A stretch of DNA of 64,000 nt. It comes from an archaeon. Lineage in GTDB: Archaea > Undinarchaeota > Undinarchaeia > Undinarchaeales > JBDRKL01. Under the pieces are notes generated by a model. It was not told the DNA's origin, made no database searches, and saw only the letters and a list, made by a program, of their open reading frames with translations. Location of the stretch: assembly GCA_043814055.1 (NCBI GenBank), contig JBDRKL010000004.1, positions 64,001 through 128,000 of the forward strand. The letters run 5' to 3'. Of the stretch, positions 1-10,042 are shown in pieces. Made by a program: the position numbers and the translations under genes. Numbering within the stretch: position 1 is the stretch's first letter; each line of letters starts with the position of its first letter.

Positions 1-50
1 TGCTGATGGTATCTGGAGCAATCTACAAGTTCAAAAACATCTTTGGCTAA

Positions 51-566
51 TTACTTGCCAAGCGTGACTGATTTCCTGGACTCGTCCAAAAGCACATAGC
101 AGTCAAGGTCAACTTCGTTGCCGCAGGCGCTGTCATACCAGTAAACCTGGAGCGCTGTGTTTCTCCTGTCCTTGCTCGCCAGCTGGTCGCTGTCCACGCT
201 TATCTTGGCTGTGTATTCCTGAGCTGCGGTTCCCTCATAGCTGAACGCGTCGTTCGCAACCATAAATACCTCGTAGGTGTCTCCGTCAAGCTTTGTCAAG
301 CCGAAGCGCTCGTAATTGTTATCCCGGATGTTGCCCTCAACGCTGAACGCGGTCGGGACTAGAATCGCAACATAGGTCTCGCCTTTGCCTTCTACTGCGC
401 TGAGCTTGAACTTCACGTTTGCTGTGCCGTCCTCGTCAACTAATCCGTCTTGGCTGTAGCTGTCAATGCTGATAGAAACTGGTGTTGTGTCTGCATCCTC
501 GCTGGTGATGCAGCCGCTGAAAGCGACTAGAATAATTAGTATAAGTGCTAGCAGTAATTTTTCCAT
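51..566 (-). CDS. Hypothetical lipoprotein
   Basis: N-terminal hydrophobic stretch ending in lipobox-like FSGC; no recognisable domain. Confidence 0.7.
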   Translation of the reverse strand: MEKLLLALILIILVAFSGCITSEDADTTPVSISIDSYSQDGLVDEDGTANVKFKLSAVEGKGETYVAILVPTAFSVEGNIRDNNYERFGLTKLDGDTYEVFMVANDAFSYEGTAAQEYTAKISVDSDQLASKDRRNTALQVYWYDSACGNEVDLDCYVLLDESRKSVTLGK

Positions 567-620
567 AGAGCGGAGTAGTGAGTTGGGGTTTAAATAATTT
601 ATTTAAGCTCCGTAACCTCT

Positions 621-1550
621 TTACATGTCAAAATCAGTCGGAACTCTACTAAGAAGATCAACAACTTGTTCTGGCAGTTCTTTTAAGGTGGTTCTGAACT
701 CTCCGCTTGCACAGCCCTTTCCACTATTTGACAATCCTTTCTCTTTTAATTTTGCAATGAACTTATCTGTTATTTTTGGAATTCCCCAATTAATAATAAC
801 TGGGTCGTGTTTCCCTTTGTACTCTATCGCAACTGTTGTAGCGTGCCCAATATCCCTAAGGCTAATATGTTTGTAACCTTCTATTGTTATGAATTCAACC
901 CACGTGTATCCAATTCTTGATTCTATCAAAGCATCTGCAATACTCTTGGCAACGTTGTCAACTTCTCCGTAGAAATTGATAGTTCTCTTATATCCAAGAG
1001 CCTCTCCTGCATCAACTTTTTTTGTTATTTTCCCTTTGTACTCAACTATTCCATACTTGTGTATTACATGCAAAAGTTCATTAAATGAATACGTCTCATC
1101 TGAAAGCTTCGCAAGGCCTTTTTCATTTGCAATACCACATCCAAATATATTGTCTACAACACTTAGCGCAAACTCGCTTCTGAGCATTGATACTTTTTTG
1201 ATATATGCAAGTGAATATGAACTGTGAACTGGGCCTCCAAACTCTTTTTGCACATCAAGTTTCTTTGTGCTGTACCACTTGTGCAATTTGCTCATATTTT
1301 CTGGTTTTTCCAGCTCTTCGTGGTATTCGCCATAAACTCTTTGAATGTTCCCCATTAATTTTTTTTCAACATCATTTGGTATGTCAGTCATACCGCGCAA
1401 AAGGTCAACCTGTCCTTTTATTCTCTTGCGAAGCATCTCGGCAACCTGTTCTTCAGAATATCGGAATTGATGTTTTGTTGCTTCCATCAGATTCTTAATG
1501 TACGTATCATTTTCAACGAACATTATGAGATACTTGAGTTTTTTATCCAT
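621..1550 (-). CDS. Hypothetical protein (AT-rich orphan)
   Basis: 309-aa ORF, more AT-rich than its neighbours; no family recognised. Confidence 0.6.
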   Translation of the reverse strand: MDKKLKYLIMFVENDTYIKNLMEATKHQFRYSEEQVAEMLRKRIKGQVDLLRGMTDIPNDVEKKLMGNIQRVYGEYHEELEKPENMSKLHKWYSTKKLDVQKEFGGPVHSSYSLAYIKKVSMLRSEFALSVVDNIFGCGIANEKGLAKLSDETYSFNELLHVIHKYGIVEYKGKITKKVDAGEALGYKRTINFYGEVDNVAKSIADALIESRIGYTWVEFITIEGYKHISLRDIGHATTVAIEYKGKHDPVIINWGIPKITDKFIAKLKEKGLSNSGKGCASGEFRTTLKELPEQVVDLLSRVPTDFDM

Positions 1551-1556
1551 ACTATT

Positions 1557-2594
1557 CTACTGGTTAGGCTCAATTATAACCTTTATGGAGTCCTCAGCCT
1601 TCAGCACCAATTCAAACCCTTTTTGAGTCTCCTCAAGCGGAAGCCTGTGCGTGACCATATCAGCCACATTAACTTTTTTAGATTCAATTAGCTCAATCGC
1701 TTCTTTCAAATCATAATGCACCGCGGCGTATGAACTGGTTAGAGTTGCGCACTTTGACCACAGCTCCTGCAAAGGCATCTCAACATTAACGCCTGGGTCA
1801 GTTGGCGCGAAGAACAGAATTGTCCCGCCTGGCGCAACTGACTTAATCGCCTGCTGTATCGCAGGCAAAGCGCCTGTGCAAACTATCACGCGGTCAAACT
1901 CTTTCGCACACTGACGCTCCGCGCCAGTGGCGCGCTTGGCTTCGCCAAGCTGTGCCTTGTAGTCCTTTGCATTAATCGCTTCATCCGCGCCGAACTTCTT
2001 TGCAGCGTCAAGTCTGAACTGCGAAACATCAGTTGCCGTTACTCTGCAGCCCTTTGACTTTGCGAGCTGAATATGCAAAAGCCCTGATATTCCGCTCCCT
2101 AAAACCAGCACGCTGTGCTCTGGTTTCACTCTTGCTTTCCTCTGCGCCCGAACCACGCAGCCCAGCGGCTCAATGAAAGTTCCTTCCTCAAAGCTCATCG
2201 AGTCCGGCAGCTTAAACGCGCCTTTCTGAACATTAATCTCAGGCAGTTTCAAGTACTCAGCAAACCCGCCTGGGTAAAACTTGGTAGAGCGCAGGGTCTC
2301 GCACACAGTCTCGTTCCCGTCTTTGCACGCCTTGCACTCGTCGCAGGGCACGTGGTGCGTTGCAAAAACTCTGTCTCCTTTCTTGAACAAATCAGATTTT
2401 GATTCTTCAACAATCCCAGCAATCTCGTGACCAAGCACAAGCGGCGCTTTCTTAATGCGATACCACTCCATCACGTCAGAGCCGCAGATGCCTGAAGCCA
2501 TAACTTTCACAAGAACTTCGCCCTGCTTGAGCTCTGGCTTGGGCTGGTCTTCAATTCTTATATCCTTGTTGTTGTAATACATTGCTGTTTTCAT
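1557..2594 (-). CDS. Zn-dependent medium-chain alcohol/polyol dehydrogenase (sorbitol/threonine DH-like)
   Basis: CGSD and GHE catalytic Zn motifs, structural Zn CxxCxxC-x7-C, Rossmann GSGISG. Confidence 0.9.
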   Translation of the reverse strand: MKTAMYYNNKDIRIEDQPKPELKQGEVLVKVMASGICGSDVMEWYRIKKAPLVLGHEIAGIVEESKSDLFKKGDRVFATHHVPCDECKACKDGNETVCETLRSTKFYPGGFAEYLKLPEINVQKGAFKLPDSMSFEEGTFIEPLGCVVRAQRKARVKPEHSVLVLGSGISGLLHIQLAKSKGCRVTATDVSQFRLDAAKKFGADEAINAKDYKAQLGEAKRATGAERQCAKEFDRVIVCTGALPAIQQAIKSVAPGGTILFFAPTDPGVNVEMPLQELWSKCATLTSSYAAVHYDLKEAIELIESKKVNVADMVTHRLPLEETQKGFELVLKAEDSIKVIIEPNQ

Positions 2595-2641
2595 TTTAAC
2601 CTTTGAATGATTTTATATAGTCCAGTCAGCTATTTATTTGT

Positions 2642-3445
2642 ATGACTAAAAATACTTTACTCATCACAGTTCTTTTCGGAGTGATACTGTTCAGCGGCTG
2701 CGTGCAGGAGCAGGAACCAGACGGACCTGCCACCGGAGGAGCTTCTGAGATATGGATACAACCCGCGGAGATCACAATATATGATGACTACCTAACCGTT
2801 ATCCAAGGCAGGGTCGGGTCTCCTCATGACTTAGGAACCATTGAGGCAACCATAGTTTCAATTGTGGAATCCGAGGTATGCCCGTACACAGAGGAGGATT
2901 GCAGCATGGAAACTTATCCAAAAGATGCTGGCATAATAAGGATAGATAAAATCGTTGAATACACATCTTATTCCGAACAGCTCGAGGATCAGCCAGTTGA
3001 AGAATCTGCCGATGAGGTTTCTGAAGAAGGTGTAATTTCAACTCCCGGATCCCCCGGCATTGGTGTGCCAGCCCAACTGCCTGAGTATGAGCAGCTTGCA
3101 GAAGACCGTGAGGTTTCTGCAATTTTTGTGCTCACCACGCGTCCAGTGAAAGTCAATTACATTTCAGTTGAGCCCAGTACTGGCGGGCCTGAGTCCGCAA
3201 CCAGCGGAACTGAATCAGCAACTGATGTGGTTTCGCACAGCGTTGACCAACAAGGTGCAGAACCGTTGCAAAAGGTTTTCAAGCCTATTCCAAAGCAGGG
3301 CAATTACTTTGTATTCACAACCAAAATACTGCCATACCCTCAAACAAGCCAGAAGACCCTGCCCGGTTTGGAAGTTGGGTCAAAATTCCGCGCAGAAATT
3401 GAGTATGACGGAACAGTGTTTATTGAGGAATACAGCATAATTTAA
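2642..3445 (+). CDS. Hypothetical lipoprotein
   Basis: Signal peptide with FSGC lipobox; acidic low-complexity linkers. Confidence 0.7.
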   Translation: MTKNTLLITVLFGVILFSGCVQEQEPDGPATGGASEIWIQPAEITIYDDYLTVIQGRVGSPHDLGTIEATIVSIVESEVCPYTEEDCSMETYPKDAGIIRIDKIVEYTSYSEQLEDQPVEESADEVSEEGVISTPGSPGIGVPAQLPEYEQLAEDREVSAIFVLTTRPVKVNYISVEPSTGGPESATSGTESATDVVSHSVDQQGAEPLQKVFKPIPKQGNYFVFTTKILPYPQTSQKTLPGLEVGSKFRAEIEYDGTVFIEEYSII

Positions 3446-3483
3446 AAGTTTAGGTTTGAGTAGCTGCTATTTTTTAACAGAAT

Positions 3484-4674
3484 TCAACTATTGTTTTCCA
3501 TAACAATTGCTTCAGTTGGATAACCACTATCTATATTAAAATCTACACGGTTGTTTGTCATCCTGTTGTTTCTGAATATGGCCTTTTTTCCTTCTTCCTC
3601 TCCATACAGGAAATTCTGATTCAAGTATACACCTGCGTACTGTCCCTCAATGACATTCTCTTCGACAACAGGATAAGCATTTTTATAAATAACAATTCCA
3701 ACACCACCTCTATCTGGGTCAGGCTGCAGGCTTCGGTCACCCAGATGGAAATAATTGCCCTTGATTAGGGAAGAACCGCCAGCATAATCAATTCCTTCAT
3801 GGCCGCAATTATATATTTCATTATTAAGTATTTGCGGGCTTATTGGTTTATTATGGCCAATGCAAATACAGCATTCCAGGCTATTTCTAATAATACTATT
3901 GGCTAAGACAACATCAGAGGATTCTTGAAAATTATTATATCGGGAATATTCAACAATTGCATACTCCAGTTTTCCATGATTAATACTCAAGCCATCCCAG
4001 TCATATGTTGTTGGCGTATCACTGTCTGAAGTAAAGAGTATTTTGTTGTCTTGAGTTCCAGATGCATTCAATGTACCAGCTATCATAATTCTTGTGCTTT
4101 TTGTTTCAATTCTATCAGGATCTTTTGGAAATGGCGGATCATGTGGATGATCCACTCCGCCATGCTGGTCATCACTCATAGCAGCTACTTCAATAATCGT
4201 TCCAGGCAGTATCGTCAAAGTTGCCCCTTCTATCACATTTATATCGCCTGTAACATGAATTGTCCCACCCCATACGTCATCTTTATTTAAAACACCACTT
4301 TTTACACAGTCAACTGCGCATTCTTTATATGTCTCTCCTACATCACAAAGACCATTGCCGCAGCAAGGGATTATTGGCTCATTTGTGCACTTCTGCCCGG
4401 GATAATCATAGCTGTCTGTTGTGCATTTGTTTTCATCGTTGCAATTTGGGCAGTCAGTCAGGCAACTTGAGTGCGTTTCAGCACCCTCGTCGCATATTTC
4501 ATTGCCGCAGCAGGGAAGTATTTCAGAATAAGAGCAATTATAATCAGTACAGCCCTTGGTAAAGCATTGCTTGTTCGGGCAGTCTTCTGCGGATTTGCAT
4601 TCTTTTTCTTGAATGCATCCGCTAATCAAAACAATTCCTACCAGCAATCCGATTAAGATTATTTTTTTATTCAT
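3484..4674 (-). CDS. Lipoprotein with Cys-rich repeats and right-handed beta-helix domain
   Basis: ISGC lipobox; two PCCGNxxC repeats; C-terminal beta-helix-like repeats (IxNNxI). Confidence 0.75.
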   Translation of the reverse strand: MNKKIILIGLLVGIVLISGCIQEKECKSAEDCPNKQCFTKGCTDYNCSYSEILPCCGNEICDEGAETHSSCLTDCPNCNDENKCTTDSYDYPGQKCTNEPIIPCCGNGLCDVGETYKECAVDCVKSGVLNKDDVWGGTIHVTGDINVIEGATLTILPGTIIEVAAMSDDQHGGVDHPHDPPFPKDPDRIETKSTRIMIAGTLNASGTQDNKILFTSDSDTPTTYDWDGLSINHGKLEYAIVEYSRYNNFQESSDVVLANSIIRNSLECCICIGHNKPISPQILNNEIYNCGHEGIDYAGGSSLIKGNYFHLGDRSLQPDPDRGGVGIVIYKNAYPVVEENVIEGQYAGVYLNQNFLYGEEEGKKAIFRNNRMTNNRVDFNIDSGYPTEAIVMENNS

Positions 4675-6092
4675 TTTACTCGAAGTATCAGTGGATAATC
4701 CCTGACAATCAAATCCTGGATTACCAGGTCCCCGTTTTCATTGCTTATTATTATATTTTGTTGATAGTCATTCAGGGTATCAGTGCCCACCACTTCCTGG
4801 GCAGTAACATCTGAGATAGTCAAGTTGGCGTTTATTCCAGGATCTTCATCAACTGCCACGCCGTCCGTCCACAGCGCGACCATCCTCTCGCCGCCTGGCA
4901 GCGAAAAAGCATAGCTCCTCATATCCGTTGCCCCGCTTTCTATCTCCATCGGCAAGTCCATGGGCTCAGCCCCTGCCATAGCCGTGGCCAGATTTTGGGT
5001 CACAATTACCTGCTTCCTGTTGCTCGCGGCGAGCCCGGTGGTGCAGTCCATGCCCCGAACCATCACAGTGCCCCTGATAAGGTACTTTGCAGCCGCTGTT
5101 TCAGTGTACTCGTCGTATTCAGAGGGATGGGCGCTTTCGGAGGTCCGCCAGTGCAGCTCCTCGGCTATGTACTCGCCCTCAAAGCCGTTGGCAGAAGCCG
5201 TATCCTTGATTTCCTGGATTAGGTTTGGATAGTCATAGTAGTATTCCGCCCTGTATTCCGGCGAGCTTCCGGAGCCAAAGTGCCAGGAAACACCGTCCAC
5301 CAAAGGCATTACATCCGACTCCAGGATGTTGAAGAAGTAGTCACGGCTGCCAGGCTCGGTAAAAGGGGAGACTGCCCCAACCACTATCTTCGCGTCCGGG
5401 TCCTCCTGGCGGATGACTGGGATGGTCCGAGTAGCCAGATTTATGTAGTCATCCGATTCCACATACTGCTGGTCACCCTCTCCCTTCCCAATGTCCGGCT
5501 CATTCAGCAGTTCATAGTATTCTATGCGGCCTTTGAAATGGCTGGCAACGAACTTCACATAATCTAGATAACGCTCTATTTCCTCCTCTGTCTTGAATCT
5601 TGAATAGTCCGCTTCCAGCTTGACCGGGATTTCCTCATCCCAGTAGACCAGGGTATGCATGACCTTTATGCCCTTCTCATTCAGGATCGTTACCGCCCTG
5701 TCCTGCTCGGGATAAACATAGTGCTCGGAATACGACGTATCCTCCACTTCATTCCAGTCAAAAACGTCAATGCTCACGCGCATCCAACTCAGCCCCATCT
5801 CATTGATGCGATTGGCGAAGCGTTCCGGGGTCTCGGACGTCTCCGGGTTATCCATGAAGAGGTCCTTCTGTATTGTATACATCTCCCCCATCTTGTTGTC
5901 TTCGAGGTTCTCTGACCACTCTAGCGGGATTTTGCGTATGGACTGCGTGTTTCCGCTCTGAAACCACTCAAATCCGGGTTCAGTCTCCGGTTCTTCCTCT
6001 TCCGCAGGCTCTATCTCTTCTTCCTTTTCTTCAACACAGCCGCTAATAAAAATAATTCCTACCAGCAATCCGATTAAGATTATTTTTTTCAT
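4671..6092 (-). CDS. Lipoprotein, glycoside hydrolase clan A (GH5/GH39-like)
   Basis: ISGC lipobox; YYELLNEPD acid/base motif; VSWH; IAEE nucleophile-like motif. Confidence 0.75.
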   Translation of the reverse strand: MKKIILIGLLVGIIFISGCVEEKEEEIEPAEEEEPETEPGFEWFQSGNTQSIRKIPLEWSENLEDNKMGEMYTIQKDLFMDNPETSETPERFANRINEMGLSWMRVSIDVFDWNEVEDTSYSEHYVYPEQDRAVTILNEKGIKVMHTLVYWDEEIPVKLEADYSRFKTEEEIERYLDYVKFVASHFKGRIEYYELLNEPDIGKGEGDQQYVESDDYINLATRTIPVIRQEDPDAKIVVGAVSPFTEPGSRDYFFNILESDVMPLVDGVSWHFGSGSSPEYRAEYYYDYPNLIQEIKDTASANGFEGEYIAEELHWRTSESAHPSEYDEYTETAAAKYLIRGTVMVRGMDCTTGLAASNRKQVIVTQNLATAMAGAEPMDLPMEIESGATDMRSYAFSLPGGERMVALWTDGVAVDEDPGINANLTISDVTAQEVVGTDTLNDYQQNIIISNENGDLVIQDLIVRDYPLILRVK

Positions 6093-6122
6093 TTTCTAAC
6101 TATCATCATTTCATGTGTGTTC

Positions 6123-8168
6123 TTAGCTTATAACGATACGTTCAGTAGTCATATCACCTTTAATAATCACTATATCACCTTCACGGTAGATCTCTAGCAT
6201 TTGATTTGGTTCAATAAAAATACCAGATGGGACATCTTCTATGTTATATGGAACGTCTCCTTCAACAACTGTTGGATCTAGCCGCGGGTTTCTATATATT
6301 TCCGGATCTGCGTAAACTTTACCTTCTTCATTTATGAGTTTAAGATTATCAAACTTGGTCCAGTTTCTATTCTCATCACGAAGATTCATCATTATTCCTG
6401 TTTGGTCTGCACTAAACACCATCATAATATTTTGAACTATAATCATGCTGTCTATTTTAAAACGTATATCGAATGCTGTAAGGTTTTCCCTACCTAAACC
6501 ACCATAAGTGGTAATTGAATATTCTGTTCCCTCTTGAATATATTCAGGCAAGTGGAAGGTTGTGGAATTTTTTTCTTTGCTTGCTACACTAGCAATTTCA
6601 ATTACAAGATTCTTTAAGAGTTCAGGCGTTCCTATAGTTAAGTCTTGGTACGCCGTTTCAAGAGTATCTACGTCTTCTGGGTCAAATATATTAATAGCGA
6701 CTGCATCACTCAGGAGGCCGCACGTAGCTTCATAATGTGCAAAGAAGAAGTATATTTCCCCTTGGAAATGCTGTTTAATTTCTGGTATAAGCGTGTTGAT
6801 CTTTTCAAGTGGAAACGCCGCCCCGGCACCACTCGCCATGTATGGGATTCTGCCTTTTCCTGTAACGTCATAAATTGAAATTACTTTTGCTTTTTCGAGT
6901 TCGTTAAGGAAAGTTTCCTCTTTTATTAACTTATCCCAATCCCATAAATCTAATACTTTGATGTCTTCTGGTTCATAGCCGTCCTGTTTTGCTATAATTT
7001 CACTAATGCATATTTCCATGATGTCTTGTGCATAGGCGTATTTATTAGCAAGGTCACTCTCTTTTTTGTATTGGGCAAAAATTTCTTCTGCTTGTTTAGT
7101 AGCGCTAGTTTCACCAACCACTTCTTTTGTGTGCTCTATAATCAAATCTAACATGTCTGTGTTGTAAGATAATGAAACATCCATCACTCTATCGTTAAGC
7201 GGGTCATAAGCGTATACAGTATGTAACCACTTTTTTTCTTCTGGATTGTCTTCTAAGGCTCCAGTTGAATCCACCATAATCCATTCCCCATTTACATAAG
7301 CTTCTGTCCAGGCATGTCCTCCTGGATAAGGAATACCACCACCAAACATACCAGCCACCTCTCTTGCAGGTATTCCAGATGCCCTACAAAGGGCAGTAAT
7401 TAAAGTAGCCCAATAATCACAATGAACTGGAACTTCTTTTTTTTCTAATATTGCTTTTGGTGTATCCTGACCTATTTCATAACCAGCAGTCCAAGTGACA
7501 TTAATATCTTCCCTAACCCATGAAACAATTTTTTCAATCGATTCCATGTCCCCGGAACTCCCTTCTGTTATATTATTAGCCAGAGGAATAAGTTCTTCTA
7601 CAAAGTACTCCAGGTCCATAGCATAATTCTTGCTTGTAATCATATCTGGTTCAATTGTATCAGTCACCAAATAAGCTAAAACTTCTTCATCAGCCTGGTG
7701 CAGGTCAGTTTTCGATTTGAAAATATCAAAAAGTGATTTAAAATATTTCATTTCAGAATCAGTAAATCCACCCAAAGAGTATAAATCCACAAAAACCTGT
7801 TCAAGTTTTGGATATTCCTCTATCCCAGGCATATTTTCCTCTAATACAGCTTTGGGTTCTGGACAATCCTGCGGACAGGTTAAATATGTTTCTCCACCAA
7901 ATTCTTTACCAACTCCTTTTCCTCTAGGGAGTATTGTTCCATTACCCAGACCGGTTGAATATGTGTCCCCAGAGTCACATTCCCCATTTCCACAACAAGG
8001 AATTATTTTAGAATAAGAACAATTATTACCAATACACTCCTTATTAAAACAAGTCTTATCCGGACAATCCTTTGTAACCTTGCATTCTTTTTCTTGAATG
8101 CATCCGCTAATCAAAACAATTCCTACTAAAATTACAACTGCCCAAACATGGCAACTCTTAAGCTCCAT
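6123..8168 (-). CDS. Lipoprotein with transglutaminase-like domain
   Basis: HCDYWA...LCRASGIPAR...GHAWTEAY...W..VDST gives the Cys-His-Asp triad; ISGC lipobox and Cys-rich N-terminus. Confidence 0.85.
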   Translation of the reverse strand: MELKSCHVWAVVILVGIVLISGCIQEKECKVTKDCPDKTCFNKECIGNNCSYSKIIPCCGNGECDSGDTYSTGLGNGTILPRGKGVGKEFGGETYLTCPQDCPEPKAVLEENMPGIEEYPKLEQVFVDLYSLGGFTDSEMKYFKSLFDIFKSKTDLHQADEEVLAYLVTDTIEPDMITSKNYAMDLEYFVEELIPLANNITEGSSGDMESIEKIVSWVREDINVTWTAGYEIGQDTPKAILEKKEVPVHCDYWATLITALCRASGIPAREVAGMFGGGIPYPGGHAWTEAYVNGEWIMVDSTGALEDNPEEKKWLHTVYAYDPLNDRVMDVSLSYNTDMLDLIIEHTKEVVGETSATKQAEEIFAQYKKESDLANKYAYAQDIMEICISEIIAKQDGYEPEDIKVLDLWDWDKLIKEETFLNELEKAKVISIYDVTGKGRIPYMASGAGAAFPLEKINTLIPEIKQHFQGEIYFFFAHYEATCGLLSDAVAINIFDPEDVDTLETAYQDLTIGTPELLKNLVIEIASVASKEKNSTTFHLPEYIQEGTEYSITTYGGLGRENLTAFDIRFKIDSMIIVQNIMMVFSADQTGIMMNLRDENRNWTKFDNLKLINEEGKVYADPEIYRNPRLDPTVVEGDVPYNIEDVPSGIFIEPNQMLEIYREGDIVIIKGDMTTERIVIS

Positions 8169-8224
8169 GTTAAATTATTAAATTCAACTCAGTTATAAAG
8201 GCTTTTAAAAGGCAAATTAAGCGG

Positions 8225-9007
8225 TTACTTCTGCTTACCCTTGAAAACCTGCAATGCCTCTTCCGGCTTTGCGCCCTTGTGCACAACTTCCTTAATCGCT
8301 TTCATCATGCCTACTGGGTCGTGGCTCTGGAAAATATTCCTTCCCATGTCAACTCCGACAGCGCCGGCCTGTATCGCGTCATAGGCCATCTGCAGAGCGT
8401 CCTTTTCAGGAATCTTCTTCCCGCCGGCCATTACAATCGGCACTGGGCAGGTCTCAACAACCTTTTCAAACCCGTCGCAGTAATACGTTTTTACAATATG
8501 GGCTCCAAACTCCGCGGCCATCCTGCACGCGAGTGACAAATACCGCGCATCCTTGTTTAATTCTTTCCCAACTGCAGTAACCGCAAGCACTGGAACTCCG
8601 TTCTCCTCTCCCCAGTCAACCCACTTCGCCAGGTCAAGCAGAGTGTCTCTTTCAAACTTTGAGCCAACCATAATTGAATATGCAACCCCTGCGACGTTTA
8701 ACCGCAAAGCGTCGTCCCCGCTGACTATGCTGCCTTCGTGCAGCAGCTCTTCACTTAAAATGCTCGTGCCGCCTGAAACTCTCAGAACAATTGGAATGTC
8801 AGTCTCAGGTGAAATGTAATTCCGCAAAGCTCCGCGCGTAAGCATAAGCACGTCAGCGTGCGGTATCAAGGGCTCTACTGCGGTTTTGATATTCTCAAGC
8901 CCGGTTGTCGGGCCCATAAAGTAGCCGTGGTCAACGGCGAACATAACTGTCTTTCCAGTATCTGGCTTGATTATTCTTGATAAACGATTTTTCATTCCCC
9001 AGTCCAT
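8225..9007 (-). CDS. Class I aldolase, DhnA/LsrF-like
   Basis: MDWGMKNRL start, AVDHG, VKTYY Schiff-base Lys, AGG and MGRNIFQ motifs. Confidence 0.85.
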   Translation of the reverse strand: MDWGMKNRLSRIIKPDTGKTVMFAVDHGYFMGPTTGLENIKTAVEPLIPHADVLMLTRGALRNYISPETDIPIVLRVSGGTSILSEELLHEGSIVSGDDALRLNVAGVAYSIMVGSKFERDTLLDLAKWVDWGEENGVPVLAVTAVGKELNKDARYLSLACRMAAEFGAHIVKTYYCDGFEKVVETCPVPIVMAGGKKIPEKDALQMAYDAIQAGAVGVDMGRNIFQSHDPVGMMKAIKEVVHKGAKPEEALQVFKGKQK

Positions 9008-9110
9008 TTTGAAAATACCTCCCTAAGGTAAGTTTATGATAGTTAGTGGTTTATAAAAGGGTTGTGGAGCGCTATCCACTATCTTTATATACTCCCGTCC
9101 ATATCTAATA

Positions 9111-9168
9111 CCTCCACATCGTGATGGATCTTAGCATTCGTTAGGATGCGATGAAGAGGTGATATACA
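9111..9168 (+). promoter_or_regulatory. Candidate K-turn in the 5' UTR of rpl7ae (autoregulation)
   Basis: C-stem CAUCGUG/UGCGAUG, 3-nt bulge AUG, tandem GA/GA; CCUC can pair with GAGG of the SD; TATA-like TTTATAT at ~9084. Confidence 0.65.
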
Positions 9169-9690
9169 ATGGCTAAATTTGAAGTGCCACAGGCACTAGT
9201 AAACAAGACGTATGACGCTTTCAATTCCGCTTCTGCTAGCGGCAAGATTAGAAAGGGAACTAATGAGACCACAAAGGCTATCGAGCGAAAACAGGCTCTC
9301 CTCGTGGCAATCGCCGAGGACACAAGCCCTCCTGAAATCGTTGCGCACATTTCAGTGCTCTGCGACGAGAAGGGCATACCTTACGTGTATGTTCCGAAGA
9401 AGGAAGAGCTCGGCAAGGCAGCTGGAATGTCAGTTCCAACCTCATCCGCAGCAATAACCGAGGCGGGCGAGGCAAAGAAGGCAATTGACGATGTTGTCAA
9501 CGACCTCAAGGCGCTAAAGGCAGGCAAGTCCGAAGGCAAGAAGGCTGAGAAGCCAGCTGAGAAGAAAGAGGAAAAATCCGAGGCCAAGAAGGAAGCCCCA
9601 AAAGAGGCCAAGAAGGAAGAGAAGCCAGTGGCAAAGGCAGAAGTAAAAGAGGCTAAGCCAGCTGAGAAGAAAGAAGCTAAGAAGGAATAA
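9169..9690 (+). CDS. rpl7ae: Ribosomal protein L7Ae (eL8) with long K/E/A-rich C-terminal tail
   Basis: [16 protein letters not shown]...LCDEKGIPY...ELGKAAG. Confidence 0.97.
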   Translation: MAKFEVPQALVNKTYDAFNSASASGKIRKGTNETTKAIERKQALLVAIAEDTSPPEIVAHISVLCDEKGIPYVYVPKKEELGKAAGMSVPTSSAAITEAGEAKKAIDDVVNDLKALKAGKSEGKKAEKPAEKKEEKSEAKKEAPKEAKKEEKPVAKAEVKEAKPAEKKEAKKE

Positions 9691-9738
9691 TTAAAAAATG
9701 ACGAGACAAAGCTTGACAAATAATTCCAGCTTCGTCTG

Positions 9739-9776
9739 CATTTCAAAGCAGATGAAGAGCAGGAGACTTTGAAATG
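9739..9776 (+). promoter_or_regulatory. Start-codon-sequestering hairpin, copy 1 (rps28e)
   Basis: CATTTCAAAG-N18-CTTTGAAATG perfect 10-bp stem including the ATG. Confidence 0.55.
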
Positions 9777-10040
9777 GCTGAACAAAAACCGCAGCAGCAA
9801 AAGGGCAAGAGCAGGGAGGACAAGCAGGCAGGAGCCTCTGAGTCTTACCCCTCCAAAGTTGTTGAGATAATCAGGCGCACCGGAGCAACTGGCGAAATCA
9901 CCCAGGTGCGGTGCGAAGTTCTTGACGGCAGGGAAAGGGGCAAAGTCCTCAGGCGGAATGTCAAGGGCCCGGTCCGGATGGGCGATATCCTAATGCTCAA
10001 GCAGACCTATATAGAAGCTGCGGAGATAAGGCAGGTGTAA
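9774..10040 (+). CDS. rps28e: Ribosomal protein S28e
   Basis: [16 protein letters not shown]...[13 protein letters not shown]. Confidence 0.96.
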   Translation: MAEQKPQQQKGKSREDKQAGASESYPSKVVEIIRRTGATGEITQVRCEVLDGRERGKVLRRNVKGPVRMGDILMLKQTYIEAAEIRQV

Positions 10041-10042
10041 AA

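Noticed and set aside
1906-1955. BHB mRNA intron in the dehydrogenase gene
   Set aside because: No bulge-helix-bulge could be formed at the boundaries and the reading frame is open without splicing
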